Of a DNA stretch of 64,000 bases, positions 63,734 through 64,000 are shown piece by piece. Made by a program: the position numbers and the translations under genes. The notes below the pieces were generated by a model. That model saw nothing but the letters and a program-made list of their open reading frames with translations, was not told where the DNA came from and made no database searches. This DNA is from Octopus vulgaris (taxonomy: Eukaryota): assembly GCA_951406725.2 (NCBI GenBank), contig OX597815.1:214830001-214894000 (forward strand), read 5' to 3'. Each line of letters opens with the position of its first letter. Position 1 is the first letter of the stretch.

Positions 63734-64000
63734 GTCACTTAACACCTGCTTTCTGATATAACTAGATAGAACTATAAAAACATGGTTAGCTCTCTAGTGC
63801 TGATGTCACCCCCAAAAAAACACTTAACATCCTCTGTTAAGTGTGAAGTTGTGAAGGGGGGTCGCTTTAGTTTTGTTAAAGATATGACACCTCTCTAGTA
63901 TTAGTGGGATGGAAAAGCACCCAGTACACTCTTCAAAGTGGGTAGTTTCAACCTGCAGACACCAAACCAAAATATAATACAAATAAAATGAAATACTCTC

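Overview
AT-rich, microsatellite-rich animal genomic DNA. The SINE/LINE repertoire looks cephalopod, probably Octopus; that assignment is inferred from repeat families only. The window appears to be mostly intron of a + strand NELL-family gene, of which two TSPN/LamG-domain exons are visible (26083-26233 and 36722-36992). The rest is dense with repeats: several tRNA-headed SINE families, two R4/Dong-clade non-LTR retrotransposons in (TAA)n tracts (one nearly intact), CR1, RTE and HERO-like LINE fragments, deleted Tc1/mariner elements, and hAT, TTAA and Helentron-type MITEs. The most striking unexplained structure is a set of mutually dissimilar 160-450 bp foldback (palindromic) elements, most carrying intact or decayed minimal type-I hammerhead ribozyme motifs of the Penelope-like kind. 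One ribozyme looks fully intact (33285-33379, - strand). One foldback joins a tRNA-like head, an (AAT)n tract and a hammerhead, and has been split by a Dong insertion. Also seen are a 252-bp apparent gene-conversion tract between inverted transposon copies 26 kb apart and two short locally templated insertions. All alignments and counts were made by eye.
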